In this document: one piece after another, positions 1 through 13,866 of the stretch
Layout of the letters: every line of letters begins with the position of its first letter
How positions within the stretch are numbered: the first letter of the stretch is position 1
Assembly: GCA_030141605.1 (NCBI GenBank)
Contig: JAQGDQ010000925.1
Location: 15,907-79,906, forward strand
Direction of reading: 5' to 3'
Source: Tubiluchus corallicola
Taxonomy: Eukaryota; Animalia; Priapulida
DNA: 64,000 bases
Position numbers and translations under genes: made by a program
The notes under the pieces: generated by a model
The model's input: only the letters and a program-made list of their open reading frames with translations
Databases searched by the model: none
What the model was told of the DNA's origin: nothing

Positions 1-2480
1 ATCAATCCAACTTGCAAGATTCAACCGTGGCTCTCAACTGACGCAGTAAGAGGATTAGTTTTTTTCACTGGTAGATGGAGACACAATGCATTATCCATCT
101 TGGAAACCTACAAAAGGACAGTCATTGAATAATGGAAATTACTGGCATTTTGTGCAGCTTATGTGCTACATCTTGGATACCTTTAAATAAAAAACAAAAC
201 GAAATTGTAGTGTTTTTGAACACATGTACTAAATCCCCAAAATTTCATTAGAGGAAACATGCATATAAATAGGCCTAATGTTCAAAATATTCTTTGTTTG
301 TATAATCCTACTGGACGCAGTCAATAATTGTTGCATTCACTACTAGGAATAAATTCCCAAGAGATACAAGGAAAGGCAAATAAATATCACACAAATCAGG
401 ACACAAAATCAAGACATTGGGCTTTTCAATTGCTACAGGCATGCAAATAATAATTAAAGCCGCTAGCCCTGAAAGCCACTGGAAGACGTTTACTGCGGTT
501 TAGCGCCACCTATTGCCAAACTAGTAAAATAATGAAATGTGGGTAAAAGTAATTAGTACCAGTTTAAAAACTCCCAGCTGAGTAAATATAGGCCTAGAGC
601 AGATGGGGCATACAGACTATGCATTTTTGGATTTAATCCTAAAAGTTATCCAGTCAATCCAGGATGATGAATCACCCTCTACAGGCAAAAATAGAAGAAA
701 TTTTGATAACAAAATTGTCCGCACATCAACATTGATAATTAGCCAGACACTAAATAATGAACTGGTCCCTTAATTGAGTCTTTTAGATGTGTTTTATATG
801 GGCTAACGCGGCGTAGATTATGCTCCTTTTATTACTGCTGAATCGACTAAATATCGTGAGCAATGTCAGTAAAAATTGCATGCAAAGCCACGCATGTAGA
901 GGGCAGTTCTCTCAACAGGGGACGCCACCGTGCATGCACCCGCAGAAACTACGTCACGAATAGATCCTATATTGAGACCCCAGATTTCCACAGTTTTCTT
1001 GTTTAGTGAAAACTCTTCATAAAATAATAACACTTTGTTAATAACCAGAGCAGCGAGGTAGAGTGGGCGGGGGGGGGGTGTTTAAACAACTCTCCCGGGC
1101 TGAGAGCGCCTACGCTTGCACCAATTTTATGAGCCCCGTTTCAAAACGCCATCAAAATAATACAGTATGCACCCAGTAATAAAAATATCAACATTTCCAT
1201 CACTTACATTATCAACAGATTGCCATCTAGTGCAGTTAAAGTTGAAGTTCTCAGTATCGAAAAAATTAAAAATAAATTTCAAGGAATAACAAACCATCGT
1301 GAATGCGCGGTGTTTCTGTAATGCAACTGATATCTAGTCATGTCATCTCATTAGAACTTTGTTTAACTATTCTGTTCTGCTGAAGTCTTTCTGGCACTAG
1401 TAATAAAGGTTTACGGAAACCATTGTAGTTAATCGTATTGGTTGCTTAATTATTTCTTTTATGTTTCGACATATACAAAGTTATAAACTAACTATGCATA
1501 ATTATGATCATCTAATTAGGCTTAGGCCTACTGTTTTACATATATATATATATATATATATATATGTACTCAGATTTATCATTTTTCTGTAAATTAGAAG
1601 GGGTAGAATTTATATAGGAAACTTGATACTAAACTGGCGAAAACTGACAAGTTTAGTTGGCAAGATAAGTCCACAAGTTTGCACATCCTCATAACTTTAT
1701 TTAATTTGGAGGGTTAGATTTAAGTGCCAGATACACCATTACAATCACAGTCAAATTTTTATTGGTCTACTAGCACAAACCTGCTCAAATGACAGATATT
1801 AAAACCAATTTTTCTAAATGGCCGTCGAAAATTTAATAACGGACTTTTGAGAACAGTTGCTGAATATAGCAGTTTGCTGAATATCACTGTCGCCATTGTG
1901 ATGTCTGTCAGAGCAGAATTTAGGCCCCTCCCTCTCCACAACTGGTGCTTAGTTACACTTTTTAAGGTAATCGTTTCTTACTCCTGTTGCTGGCTAAATG
2001 GCTGAGGATCGATGGCGAGGATTTACCAACTCTTTCTGCAGTAAAGATTCTGCTGTTTATCTCCCTTTCATAAACAGATTTGCCGTTTTATTGGAGACGT
2101 TCACCGGCGATGAATGGACGGCTTGTAAACGGCTTTACGACGTTGATTGATGGTGGCGCGCACTATCGGCCGTCAAGCGTAACGCGACAGCGCATTGCTG
2201 AGTGCAGCAGCAATCATAACGTGCGAAGAGTACAAGTCTCTGTGCGTAATTTGTTAGCGTTGTTTGGTGATTACTATATAGGAATTTACGGACGCTGAAC
2301 ATCACGAAGTCAACTGGCAAGCTTCAGTATCATTCTACACTTGCAAAAATGCTTTAAGTGATTACGTGTTATTATTTTGAAAAAATTGCGAGTTTCTAAA
2401 TCTTTGAAAAGCATGCGTCAACGGAATTGCGTCGGTGGTATCTCGTGATACGGATTTTTGGATGGATTTCTGTATGGATC

Positions 2481-2562
2481 ATGGTACCGTTTCGTTATCA
2501 CGGTCCAGGACCTGGGATTTTTCTCTTCACCTTTTACTTTTCTTGGCAAGTCTATTATCAAG
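2481..2562 (+). CDS. RGM: RGM coding exon 1 (probable signal peptide)
   Basis: ATG at 2481 reads MVPFRYHGPGPGIFLFTFYFSWQVYYQ-G. Donor AG|GTATGA after 2562 is phase 1 and matches the phase-1 acceptor at 5199. The start choice is uncertain (see findings). Confidence 0.6.
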
Positions 2563-2848
2563 GTATGACCATCGCAGTGACGTTGTAATTGTTACATAAT
2601 TAATTAGTAATTATGTTTTATCCAAGAATTATTGATAAGATATGCATCTATTGTCACGAATATGATCATTCAGTATTAGCACTACTGCTTAAGTGGTTAA
2701 TTGATAAGGCAGTGACTTTGTCGAAATGTATGATGTATGCAAGAGTGATGATGATTTTTTCGTCCAGAAATTTTTTAAATAAAGTGTGTGAGCGTATTTT
2801 TAAAGAAAGAGTGTGTGAAACGCCTGTATTTTAAAGGAATATGTGTAA

Positions 2849-2866
2849 GAGAGAGAGAGAGAGAGA

Positions 2867-2919
<53 letters not shown>
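2849..2919. repeat. (GA)n microsatellite
   Basis: Seen directly. Confidence 0.95.
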
Positions 2920-2924
<5 letters not shown>

Positions 2925-3255
2925 GGACAAAGAGGACAAAGAGGAAGAGACAGCAAGAGAAAGATACAGTTGATCCATTTTTAAATTCTTAAAATAACGA
3001 AAAGCAATTGTAGCAATTGTAGATAAGGTAACTGGGCCCGTTATCTCGTTATTTTCATAGATTTAAAATTGGTGACAGTATAATATTTTCTCAAGTAAAC
3101 ATCTAGTTCGCCTTATTCTTTCATTGTATATTTGCACAAGCTTTTGCAGATTTACTGTAGAATAATTATGTGCTTCGACATAGCTTAGAGAAAAAGTCCA
3201 CGTTCGTTCTGCAACTTCATATATGCGTATATTCGATGTGCTATTTTTGAAGTCT

Positions 3256-3385
3256 TCTTTTGGTCCGGTCTGTTAACTGAAAAGGGGGGATTGATTGGAC
3301 ACAACTGTCAAACTTTCAGAAATGATTCTTTAGGCGATTCTAACAGCGTTTTGGGCATTTTTACAAAATTCGCTTTTTGGCCCGC
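3256..3385. repeat. Dispersed repeat; inverted copy at ~21903-22028
   Basis: ggtccggtctgttaactgaaaaggggggattgattggacacaactg..aatgattcttt aligns with the reverse complement of 21903-22028. Confidence 0.65.
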
Positions 3386-5198
3386 TGTCCCGGGACACTT
3401 AAAATTCAAGAAATGGTCCTACACTTTGGAGGTTTATAATTCCAAAAACGCTCGCAGAAGCACACTTGGCTATTATTAAGGACGAATAGGATGTGTACTT
3501 TCATTTGGTGGTACGATTAGCGACCTTGGAACAGACAAAGTTGCCAAATTACGTCATCAGTACCCTCAATCTATTTTACAAATTCAATAATCTGGTCTGT
3601 TGGCCGAAAAAAGAGAACTGACTGGAGTGATTTGGCGTTACTTTTATATCATACAATAGCTATACGAATTTGTGAAGAAAGACCTCGTGTTGTCTGATTT
3701 TATATACTGCAGCTACATAAGATAATAATACTGTCATCATATACCACCTCGAGAGGCGTCTGGTATCTTCTTCTCTTGGCAATTAGTTGCGCCTGCAGAA
3801 ACTGTACGAGTATGCAGCTCTAGCACAGCTGCAACGCATTTACTCGAGGTGATAATCCATGGACGATAGATTAGTCAACTGCCTTAGCTACACCACATGT
3901 ATTGCCTACTGTAAATATTTCACTTAATTATGCGTATAGGAAACTGTTTAGCTGCAACTATCAGCAGGCCAAGCATAGGATGTTCGTGTAATGTATCAGG
4001 CCAAATAATCGTCTACTAACATCATTGTACATGTAGTGTATCAATTTTATTTGCGAATAAAATGCATAATAACAATTATTATTATTACAGGAAAATGCCA
4101 CTGTCTTATATATTTATACAATAAGCTTTTTCACAGTTCCATTGATTGATGACTATCGTGAAAGGTCAAAGGTTAACTGTACCAGACAAGCATTTGTGTA
4201 CACTTGACAGCCTCACCGCTCATGCTATTTTAATAGTAACAGCTAGCTAGAAACTTTTCTATTTCATTTTTTCTTGTTCCCAAGCAAGCTCCTACTAGTA
4301 AATCCTTCTACACACAGACTAATGCATAAATAAGTAAAGTCCATATAAAACAACTGAACTGATGGCAAACGGCGTTGCTTTACCGACACGTCACGTGACA
4401 CTTGTAGTTAAGATGCATTGCTGTGATACACTTAATCTTTGACCTGCAGCAACTGCACGTGTGCACAACAAAACTGTGAAAAGGCTTATTTTTTAAGTAT
4501 TCACGACTATGAATGTATTACCATTATCTCTACAATTTACCCCGTCATATCTAAAACTTACAACAAAGTTTTCATCCGAACACATTAAAAACTATTATTG
4601 TGGTCGTTGTGGATGGAGATTTGTTAAGTAAAAACTTCAAGTAATGACCAAAATATCAGTTTATACTTGTGCTGTATTAAACACAAACCCACAAATCGTA
4701 AGCATTTTCTTAGCACATAAAAGACATAATTTGCAGACTGACTTATAGAACAGCGTTTTGCCACTTAGTCACAATATTAGATTGTCATTCCTCACACCCA
4801 GCTTGGGATCTGTGACCCTTGCCTGTAAAGCCACAACTGTGAATTGTCTTCATCGAAGGTCATTCTTACATAAGTACTACATGGATCGTTGTCACATCGT
4901 TAATACACAAATTCTTAATGATGCATGATAAACCTTGCATATTTACCATAAGATGTGCCACAGCCATGCAACTGTGTAATGACACCAAATCCTATCTTTT
5001 GACAACTGCACAGTCTATCAAACTGCTACAGTTAATACTGATAATCAATAATGTACGAACATTCTCATAGTTTCTGTACTCATAACTGAATACAGGTCTG
5101 CGTACTGTTAATAATTACTTAACGAGGGCGAATAATTTGTGGCTACATTTGGCGCGTAGTAAATCGGTTATAATGTCTCTTATTTCTCTCATTTATAG

Positions 5199-5755
5199 GT
5201 GCAGCAATAGCCAGATCTTCCTGTAAAGTCGACCAGTGCAGCCAACAGTACGAAATAGGGATGCAGGGGGGCCGCGTGGAAAGAGGTCCCAACCTCGATT
5301 ACTGCCGTGTGTTACAGGCATACGCTGAATGCATTCGGGGTACTGGACGCAAGTGTCGTGGAAACATCCAGTACCACACCACATCCACTCTTGTGGAGGC
5401 GTGGACGCTACAGTACAACTGCTCATACATTGTTCTTAATGCTCATATATTTGAATCAACAATGAGATCTCATAGACCTCGAGACAGAGAACAGCCCATC
5501 TGTGATTATAAACATAGAAAACATAGAAACCGACATTCCCATGGTAAAGACCATTTGAGAAATGCGAGTACTTCTGTGAATAAAGGATACGTGTACTGTG
5601 GGCTGTTTGGCGACCCTCACTTGCGGACATTCAGTGGTGAATATCAGACATGTAGGGTCAAAGGGGCATGGCCCCTCCTGAACAACAAACATCTGGCTAT
5701 ACAGGTAACCAATGAGGAGGTGATTCCTGGATCCAGTGCTACAGCTACAACAAAG
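5199..5755 (+). CDS. RGM: RGM coding exon 2 (N-terminal Cys-rich domain and GDPH autocleavage site)
   Basis: Polypyrimidine tract plus TAG acceptor at 5196-5198. Encodes CKVDQC, YCRVLQAYAEC, CRGNIQYH, CGLFGDPHLRTF and TCRVKGAWPLL..ATATTK, all hallmark RGM motifs. Donor AAG|GTAAT, phase 0. Confidence 0.93.
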
Positions 5756-6309
5756 GTAATCATTGATACTGAAAACGTTTAATTTGGAAGATGTTCAAGA
5801 GTCAGTGTCATGCCAATCCCAACTGAACTGTGTAAACTTTAATCTTTCATTAAAGGAACCTAATTCAAAATATTTTCATTGGCTATGTTAGCTGCTAAAT
5901 GTTCATTGACATTGTTTAATGGGGACTTCTAAATTGTACTAGAATGACTTTTAAATATCTGTTATATATAAAACGGCAACTTTGGCATACCATTGTGGTT
6001 TTAAAAGTTGAGCAGCGACAAGTCTGTTGAGTGTTTGCATTGGTGGTTGCTGATGGACCTTGAAATAGTTCTCCCTCAGTAGGCTAAGTTGCATCCAGTG
6101 TCAAATGAGTTAGGTATTTATAAAGAGAAATGATTATAAAAACATCTAGAGTTTAAAAAGAGAACTGTAATGAAAGATTACATACAATAATAAGAATGGC
6201 AAGTAAAAATAACAGAGAGACGTGGAGAGAAGGAAAGAGCAAGAGAGCATAAAGGAGGGAGAGAGAAATTGAGGGGGACTGAGGAGAAAAAGGCAAAAAG
6301 AGAGGGGGG

Positions 6310-6312
<3 letters not shown>

Positions 6313-6364
<52 letters not shown>
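6313..6364. repeat. (GA)n microsatellite within a purine-rich tract
   Basis: Seen directly. Confidence 0.95.
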
Positions 6365-6366
<2 letters not shown>

Positions 6367-7429
6367 GGACAAAAACAGGAAAGCATAAGGAGAAAATGAA
6401 GAATAACGATTCAGTACCATGTGCAAGCAATTGACTGGAGAGTCATCTACATACTTACGGTGCCTGTAGATGCATTTCACAACTTAATGTCAGTCAGACG
6501 GGCTAATGATTTGTTTATATGCCCCAGATTGCTTCAGTCTGTTTCCGTGCTTCAGTGACGTCATTGTATTTTTTACATGGCGGACTAAACAAAGTGTTCA
6601 TTCATAGACACTCGCAAAATTTCACTCGTTCTTATGAAATTGAAGCTCTTTCCACAAAGTTAACGGCAAAGTCACGGAGATGGTAGGTGTTACCGTAACT
6701 TAGGTTCGCGCACATGCAGCAATAGGGTGTTGAGATCTACCTGAAATTAACTTCACCTTAAACGGTGTGGACATTATTCTGTAATTCATAAATGGTAAAG
6801 AATCACAGATGAAATTTCAGTTTTTTGTTGTTGGTGTACCAATTACAATTTTACATCACATCCTTAATAATTATACAATATACACTACTTATACGTCGTT
6901 AAATACAATTATAAATCATTAACTGTCTGACAGCGTGGGGAATGTGTTTAAAGGCGACTTTAAAACGCTTTCCCCATCTTAATTTTTTTACAACTTTTCA
7001 TTAGTTTTTCTGGCTCATAGTCCATCATCCTGCTACTGCCAAAAATTTCAAAGCATCAGTCAATATTATAACTGGTCCCCTGAAAAAATAAATATGACAG
7101 GCAAAACCAAGTATTATAATTTATCCAAATCTAACGTCATAATCTGGTAATGTCAAATGCTTCAACATTCTAATTGTACATACCCTATTTGCACCTAAAA
7201 CTCATACCACAACAGACAGCTTGTATTATTTGATTTTTTTTATTATTGTCTGTCTCTGTCTCCTTGCTAAATTTTGAAGCATGACGACCTAAACCTGTAA
7301 CTTTTTTTGCGTAGTTGCGAATGTCAGTTCGATATCAGTATCATTCATAACATTCGTAACAAAGTGTTTCGACGCGGTATAGCCGTATAGAAATTGTTAA
7401 TCATAATTACATTAACATATACAAGCTCA

Positions 7430-7444
7430 GACACGCGCGCGCGT

Positions 7445-7479
<35 letters not shown>

Positions 7480-7516
7480 CACCCCCCCCCCACACACACA
7501 CACACACTCACTCACG

Positions 7517-7563
<47 letters not shown>
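7430..7563. repeat. Compound (CG)n/(CA)n microsatellite
   Basis: Seen directly. Confidence 0.95.
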
Positions 7564-7565
<2 letters not shown>

Positions 7566-10500
7566 AGCTGTCTGTATGTACTTCCTAAAAATATTACCAT
7601 TCCTGCGACCAACCATTAGGTTCCAGAAAAGCAGCTGCATGTCCTAGGAGGCTGCTGAGCTTACCTAAGGCTATATGTCTGCTGTACTACAGTACGTACG
7701 TGAAATTAGCAAATTCTTAATACCAAGAACAATAACATTGGTACTTAATATTTATCGGGGCAGGAGCTTGTTATAGCCTGCCTTCCTGTACTTTTCGTCG
7801 CGTGGTACGGCCCCAAGAGCTGGTGTATCGCAGCGTGGCCATCTTGGCGCCCAATCACCTACAGTACGATCCTTGCCGCCTGCCCGCCTGAATTGCTTAA
7901 AATGTTGAACAAATCTCGACAAGGCATCACCTGAATGGCACCTCTTAGCTATAAACAAGTCTCTATTGTGCGCAAGGTGGCAGAAAAGAAAATTTTAGCA
8001 GCTCGCCTTCACTTACCAACACATATCATTTTGCACGCTTCGGCGGCCATGAGAACAGCACGACATATGTAAACCAGAGGCAGGTCGGGCGCCGGGTGGT
8101 CGCAAGAGCCGCAAAAAACTCGATTTCATCTATAAATTTGGGAACTTTTTCAGCTGCAGTTTTTCTCGTCGTCCCCAGGTGGTTGGGCGCGTTTCGAGTT
8201 TGAACGAAATTTTCTTAGTCGGGGTGCTCTGTATGGTACAGCTCTTTTGCAAAGCCTTCCTTTCTGTTTAGCAGCATTAGTGTTTCGATAATAGTATAAG
8301 TACTGGTTTGACGCAGCGGGTCGCCCCAAGAACATGAAAAGATCTGCTGAGCGCATAACGAAATGTGTAAGCCAAAATCCCCAGTGTAAGGAATTAGGCA
8401 CATAAGTGCGATGGATTTTGGTTATAATTGAATAGTGAATACTCAGTCTTGGTAAGTACGTGGGCCGTTAGAAACTTATAATCATTTTTGAAAAGAGAAT
8501 TGTAACTCCAGCTGCAAGTCAAGATGGCTCTGTTCACAGCCCATTCACTTGTACAGTTGTCTTTCAGAAGAGAATACACTTCATTGGAAAACTGGTATTT
8601 TAAAAGTTTGGCTGCGCTTCAGACATACTTAAAACCATTGTTTTTTGTGGGAAAACCATCTACAACTTTTTCGTAGTACAACTGTAATGTCTAGGCGTTA
8701 CTCAATTGGGCAATATTTTACTGGCTATTTTATATAAGAAGTTTCGTGTTTCTATTTTTTTTGTTATTAGATCTTAACGAGCAATAGGAATCATGGTTAA
8801 AACTGCTGTAACCAGCCTACATTACATTTTGTTCAGTTGAATCTAATCTTAGTAAGTTTTAAATATTGCTGTAGTGTAGTTACAATTTTGGACGGTCTCC
8901 TGAATTATTTGGTGCTGTCTACCCACAAAAGGGAGGAACTGTCATAAGCTGAAGAATTCACAGAAGTAGTGAGATACTTAAACGACTCTTGAAAAGTGTT
9001 GGCAACGTCTTTTCTGCTAGTATTGTTGAGCTGTGTTGCTTATACAGTTGTATGCACCCACTTGGGAGCACTCGAACCAGAATGGTGTAAAGTGAGTGTG
9101 AATTGTTAGAAATCTCGCCCAGCAGGCGCACCACCTAGCAGCTGCTTAGAGAACGGTTAAGTAGTTGTTCTAATCAGGGACTGAAAAAACTAGTCTTCAA
9201 GGTCTGGAAAAAACTAAGTTTGGTCTTTCTGCTCTTATGGATTAAAAAAGCGTTTAGCTCTATAAGCTACATCACATTTCACATTTTATGGGAAGACAAC
9301 TGATGAAAAGACTGAAATTCCTAAAGCTTGATATTATAGAACCCAGTGTGGTTGGATTTCAGTACTAAATCGGGCCTGTGACTCACTTGAATATTCCTAT
9401 TTCCTCCTATGACCAACTAAATTAGATTTTTCTCATTTATCCTGCCCGGCTCTTGTATTCATTCTCGTAAATTGATTTATTTATAAGCTATTTGGTGGTA
9501 TAAAATTACTTTATTTGTTACAAACAAAAGAAATACATACATTCTAGCTATTGGAGCTTTAGTCCAAAAGCAGAAATTACAAAAAAGTTGTTCGCAGCGA
9601 CACACAAATAAAACATGTAATAATATGACTAACACCAGGTAAAACAGTTTTTTATAACTTATGAAGATGTATATTAATCTAAACACCTTGCCCGAATTTC
9701 AAGACAAAATAAATCAATACAATTATATGGATTATAAGTTACTTTCAATATTATAAAAAAGTTGTATATCGTCAATGATAACATAGTTGCAATGATAATA
9801 TAATAAAATTAAACTTCAAATCAGTATTAGAAATTCTTACGGATTAAAAAGGTTGGATCTGATCATGCACGTTCGTTTTTGGATTTAAGAATAATAAAAG
9901 ATGAGACGATAGCTAGTTTTGCAGTTTTCTGTTTGAAATCTTTAAACGTCAGGTTTTGATGGTTCGGATGTGACGCTGTAACCGCTGAAACTTTGTAACC
10001 TTTGTTTCCTTTGTTTTTCGAAGTGGATCTGCGACACCTAGTCTCAGTTACGAAATATTGCGCTGTAATGGCAGCTAGTTTCTTCAATGTCTGCTACCAA
10101 GCTTGCATATTTATTCTCTTTAAACTTTATTCTCTCCTCAAGTTGTATAGAATACGCATATGTCATGGATGAATGTAGTTTGTATACATTCAAGTGGTAT
10201 AGTACTAATTCTATTGCTTTTAAAACCAGGTAAATCAACATGAACTATGAAGTTAGTAGGCAGATACTGAAGAAGCTGCTTATACCAAAAATGAACTATG
10301 TTCATGTGGCGCCAAGTGTATCTTCAGTGGAATTGCAGTTTGAGTACTTGGCTGTGGTTTTCTTGCCGCAGACAGAAAAATTGTAATTCGTGTGTAGCGC
10401 ATCGACTGCTCCATTTATACATGAATTGCAAAACACCTTTTGGGAGATTATAGACAATACTTTTCCAGTCAGTGCAATTTTTTTCTTCGATAAGTAATTA

Positions 10501-12745
10501 GAAAAACAATTTCAAAAAAGCGCCTTGCATCACCAGAGTTTTGGTTTTTTTCTTGCCAATCAGACCGAATAGTAGAAGTAGTAGTAGTTTTTATTGACTA
10601 ATTTTTTTACGACAACATATATTTAACAATGGCAGGGTAACGTAGAATTAGTCTACAGAGTTTACAACATAATAGTACACGACATCCAAACAAACTTCAC
10701 TATTAAACTATTAATTCACACAAGGTAATTTAACTATGCACACACTATTCAAACACGTCCTGTTTCAATTTTCAAACGATGTGATTGTTGACGCAATCGA
10801 GTGAAAGCTATTCGTTATAAGGTTTCTCTGACTAAGGTGCAACTTTTCCAATCGTTATGCAACGAAAAAATACACGTAAACCAAATGAATGCACACCAGG
10901 TAGTTCGTAAATACAAACAGGAAACGGAAGGACAACATGGAGATTGGCATCCTGAAAATCAAGTTACCTATTTATGTCGTTAATTTTATTTTGTGTAGTT
11001 CTGAACTGATAAGGTAGTCTATGATGTTGCAAGCTCATTTTTAAAGGAAAACCGGACCCAATCTTAAACTACAGCTTAAAGCAATCTATCTTCTAAAATA
11101 TTGAAACGGAGCATAATATGTTTTGAAGAATGACTTAGATGAAAGAATTATTACCACAGAAACGTGCGCATGGCTAGTTGTTCGCTGTTACATGCATGTA
11201 TTTAGTCTTTCGCTAGTTAGATGGTCACAGCACATGTATCTAGGAAACGCATTGCACAAAAAGAGGTGATGTATCTCTCAGTTCAAAGGTGTCCAATTCA
11301 ATTGAACAAGCTCGAGAGCTCATGCGTAAACACAGCGGTAAACCTAAAATTTAAATTTTTAAACATAAAATTTATCGAGTTTTTGTATATCACGCTGAAT
11401 GTTGTACATTAGTGCTGTACTTCAATTTTCGCTTTCGCAAACATGTTCAACGCGCTCTTGGAATGTCTGTGCTGTTGAAAATTATACTCGGTTGTAATGT
11501 CATCGCTAGTTGTGGTCGCCCACCGTTAATTAAATTCTTAACCTATTATTTAATTATTAGAAACGCTTTGGCATTATTATACGTGTTATAATGTACACTT
11601 TTACCCTGCGTACTTGAAAATGGCAAATGATATGAAAAGAATTAGCCTGTTTACCTTTAATTAGGCTTACTTATTTGAAGCCAATCACTTGTAGTGTACA
11701 GGGTAGCCCAAATAAAATTTAATATTCTAGGACATTATTACAAGTTATTGTAATGTCGAGTGAGGTATATTTGTACTAAAATTGGTCAGTTTAACGAAAA
11801 GGCAAAAATGTAACTATACTGCACCTTATTTATTAACGATGTGAACAAGATACCAGTTTATATGTTGTGTTCTTTCCTTTCATGTTTGCATTTATAAAGT
11901 TTTTGGTGTACATACCGATCTGGTGTACGTGTGTTTTTCGGTTGTCATTGTTTAAATCTACAAAATGTGCTCTGTTGTATTTATGAGTGCTTGTCTGCAA
12001 AATATGCAAACTTTATGGAGTGTGAAGTAGTTTTAGGATGCAATAAAGCAGAGATTTTTATAGTAAAAAGATCTTGCTTGCTAGCTACCTTTAGCCAGTG
12101 GTTGCGCAGTTTAACAACTCTTTTGCTGTATATAATCTATCTTAACCAGCGTCAAAATTAATCATTTTATGTAGTTATACTTACCTCAGAAAGAGCGGTA
12201 GCTTTTTGTCAGTTTTTCTTGTTTTTTGCTAAGAGTGAACTGCGCAAAAGCACTTAAATTAAAAGAGCATTTTGATTGCAGTCTGTATCACATCGAAAAC
12301 GGTATTCCAGTCTATTTAGTTCCCAAACAAGTATTATAAGACGCTATTCCAAAGTACGCCGCCTCTTCTACCATTACAGTGTCAGGAACAATCTTCATTG
12401 CAGGTGAACTGTCCATCTGCACATAACTGGAATTATGCCAAGAAATTATTAGTTTTATCCCATGTGAATATCGTCATCTTCAGTGCGAAATTGATACGCG
12501 GTTGCAATTACTATCAAAAATCAGGATTTTTCGTGGCTAGTACAGGGATGCCTGTATAACTGCTGTAGTGCTATGGAAGAAAATTCCTGAGAAGAAGTTA
12601 AACACTTGGTGGTGAAACCGATACATCAGTTTCGCATAACTTACGAATGACAGCTGAATTTCTCACGTTTCACGCCAACAAATAGCGACAAATCCTTACC
12701 ACGTCCAGAGCAACGTTTGCAGTATTAGCAAATTACAAGTTCTTT

Positions 12746-12746
<1 letters not shown>

Positions 12747-12779
<33 letters not shown>
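12747..12779. repeat. (CT)n microsatellite
   Basis: Seen directly. Confidence 0.95.
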
Positions 12780-12781
<2 letters not shown>

Positions 12782-13218
12782 GGGATTCTTTTGTAAAGAT
12801 TGCACCATGCTTATTTAATTAACTAACGTAACGATGACCATTACCCCTTAATCTCCCCTTTCTTTACATCAAGTAATTTATATATTAGTATTGTTTTTTT
12901 GGGAGATGGTATTGCTACATTGTTCTTGCGCCATGAGTTAAGTACAAAGTTCGCATTTAGCATGGCAAATGTTTTGTGTAAGTGGCATGATGCTTGGTGT
13001 TAGGCTCATTGCATTACCATGTTCATTCTAATCCTAGTAATTCCTCCCCTCCTACTGATGAATTGTAAACATCCTCTCCCCACAAGTTTCTTCACAGTGG
13101 TGTTGATGGCACGAAGCAGAAACTTGATACAGCTGTAACTGACAGTGTCCCCCTGTGTGTATTCACATCTGCACAAACATGGGCTCCAGCAATTAACGAA
13201 CTCCACTTATTTTTTCAG

Positions 13219-13866
13219 CTTACGGTGATCGTCAAGCGACACAACGTGTGCGCACAGGAAAAAACATACCACGCTTCTATGGGAAGCATCCCAGGGGAAT
13301 TCGTGGACGGGAGCACGGGAAGTGGACCAGAGGGGAGTGTTACCATTCTGTCCAAAACTCTGAACAAACATGTGATTATTAAATTGAGATATGCAGGAGT
13401 GACCCTGATCGTACGACAAGTTCATGGTTACTTGACATTTGCAATGCGCATGCCCGAAGCGTTGTTGGACAAGCCCCAGAGAGGGCATTTGGAACTTTGC
13501 ACAAAGGGTTGCCCAGAGAGTGAAAGACTACTGTATCACAAACTGCCGATTGCTGAGCAGTCAAGCAACTCGGCAATAACAATGGGTCGTGTAGAAGCTG
13601 AAAAAGAGTGTCATAGTTTTAATTTAACTGGGTTTTATTTTGACTCTTGCGTTTTTGACTTGATGGCAACGGGTCAGACGAACTTTGCCGCAGCGGCACA
13701 TGTTGCTCGAAAAGACATGATGAAGCTCAACTCTGGGAAGGAATTAAACATAAATGTGATTCAAAATGACAGTCCAGTCTCCTGTTCAAGCCCTGTCAGA
13801 CCGTCCTACATTGTTCAATACCTCATCATTAGTTTCAGCTTGTTAATTTTCCATTGGGCAAGATGA
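13219..13866 (+). CDS. RGM: RGM final coding exon (C-terminal domain and GPI-anchor signal)
   Basis: Acceptor ttttttcag|CTT gives the junction TTK-LTVIVK. Contains YLTFAMRMPE, LELCTKGCP, YFDSCVFDLMATG and a hydrophobic C-terminal tail. Stop TGA at 13864-13866. Confidence 0.93.
   Translation, partial: LTVIVKRHNVCAQEKTYHASMGSIPGEFVDGSTGSGPEGSVTILSKTLNKHVIIKLRYAGVTLIVRQVHGYLTFAMRMPEALLDKPQRGHLELCTKGCPESERLLYHKLPIAEQSSNSAITMGRVEAEKECHSFNLTGFYFDSCVFDLMATGQTNFAAAAHVARKDMMKLNSGKELNINVIQNDSPVSCSSPVRPSYIVQYLIISFSLLIFHWAR

Noticed and set aside
501-518. CTCF-like motif tagcgccacctattgcca
   Set aside because: A single motif match with no supporting evidence; such motifs are common in repeats.
5354-5370. 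RGN instead of RGD in RGM
   Set aside because: RGN also occurs in vertebrate RGMb, so it is not unusual.
6146-6480. Minus-strand ORFs rich in LSLSLS (also 2775-2978, and CVCV at 7345-7563)
   Set aside because: Translations of microsatellites, not genes.
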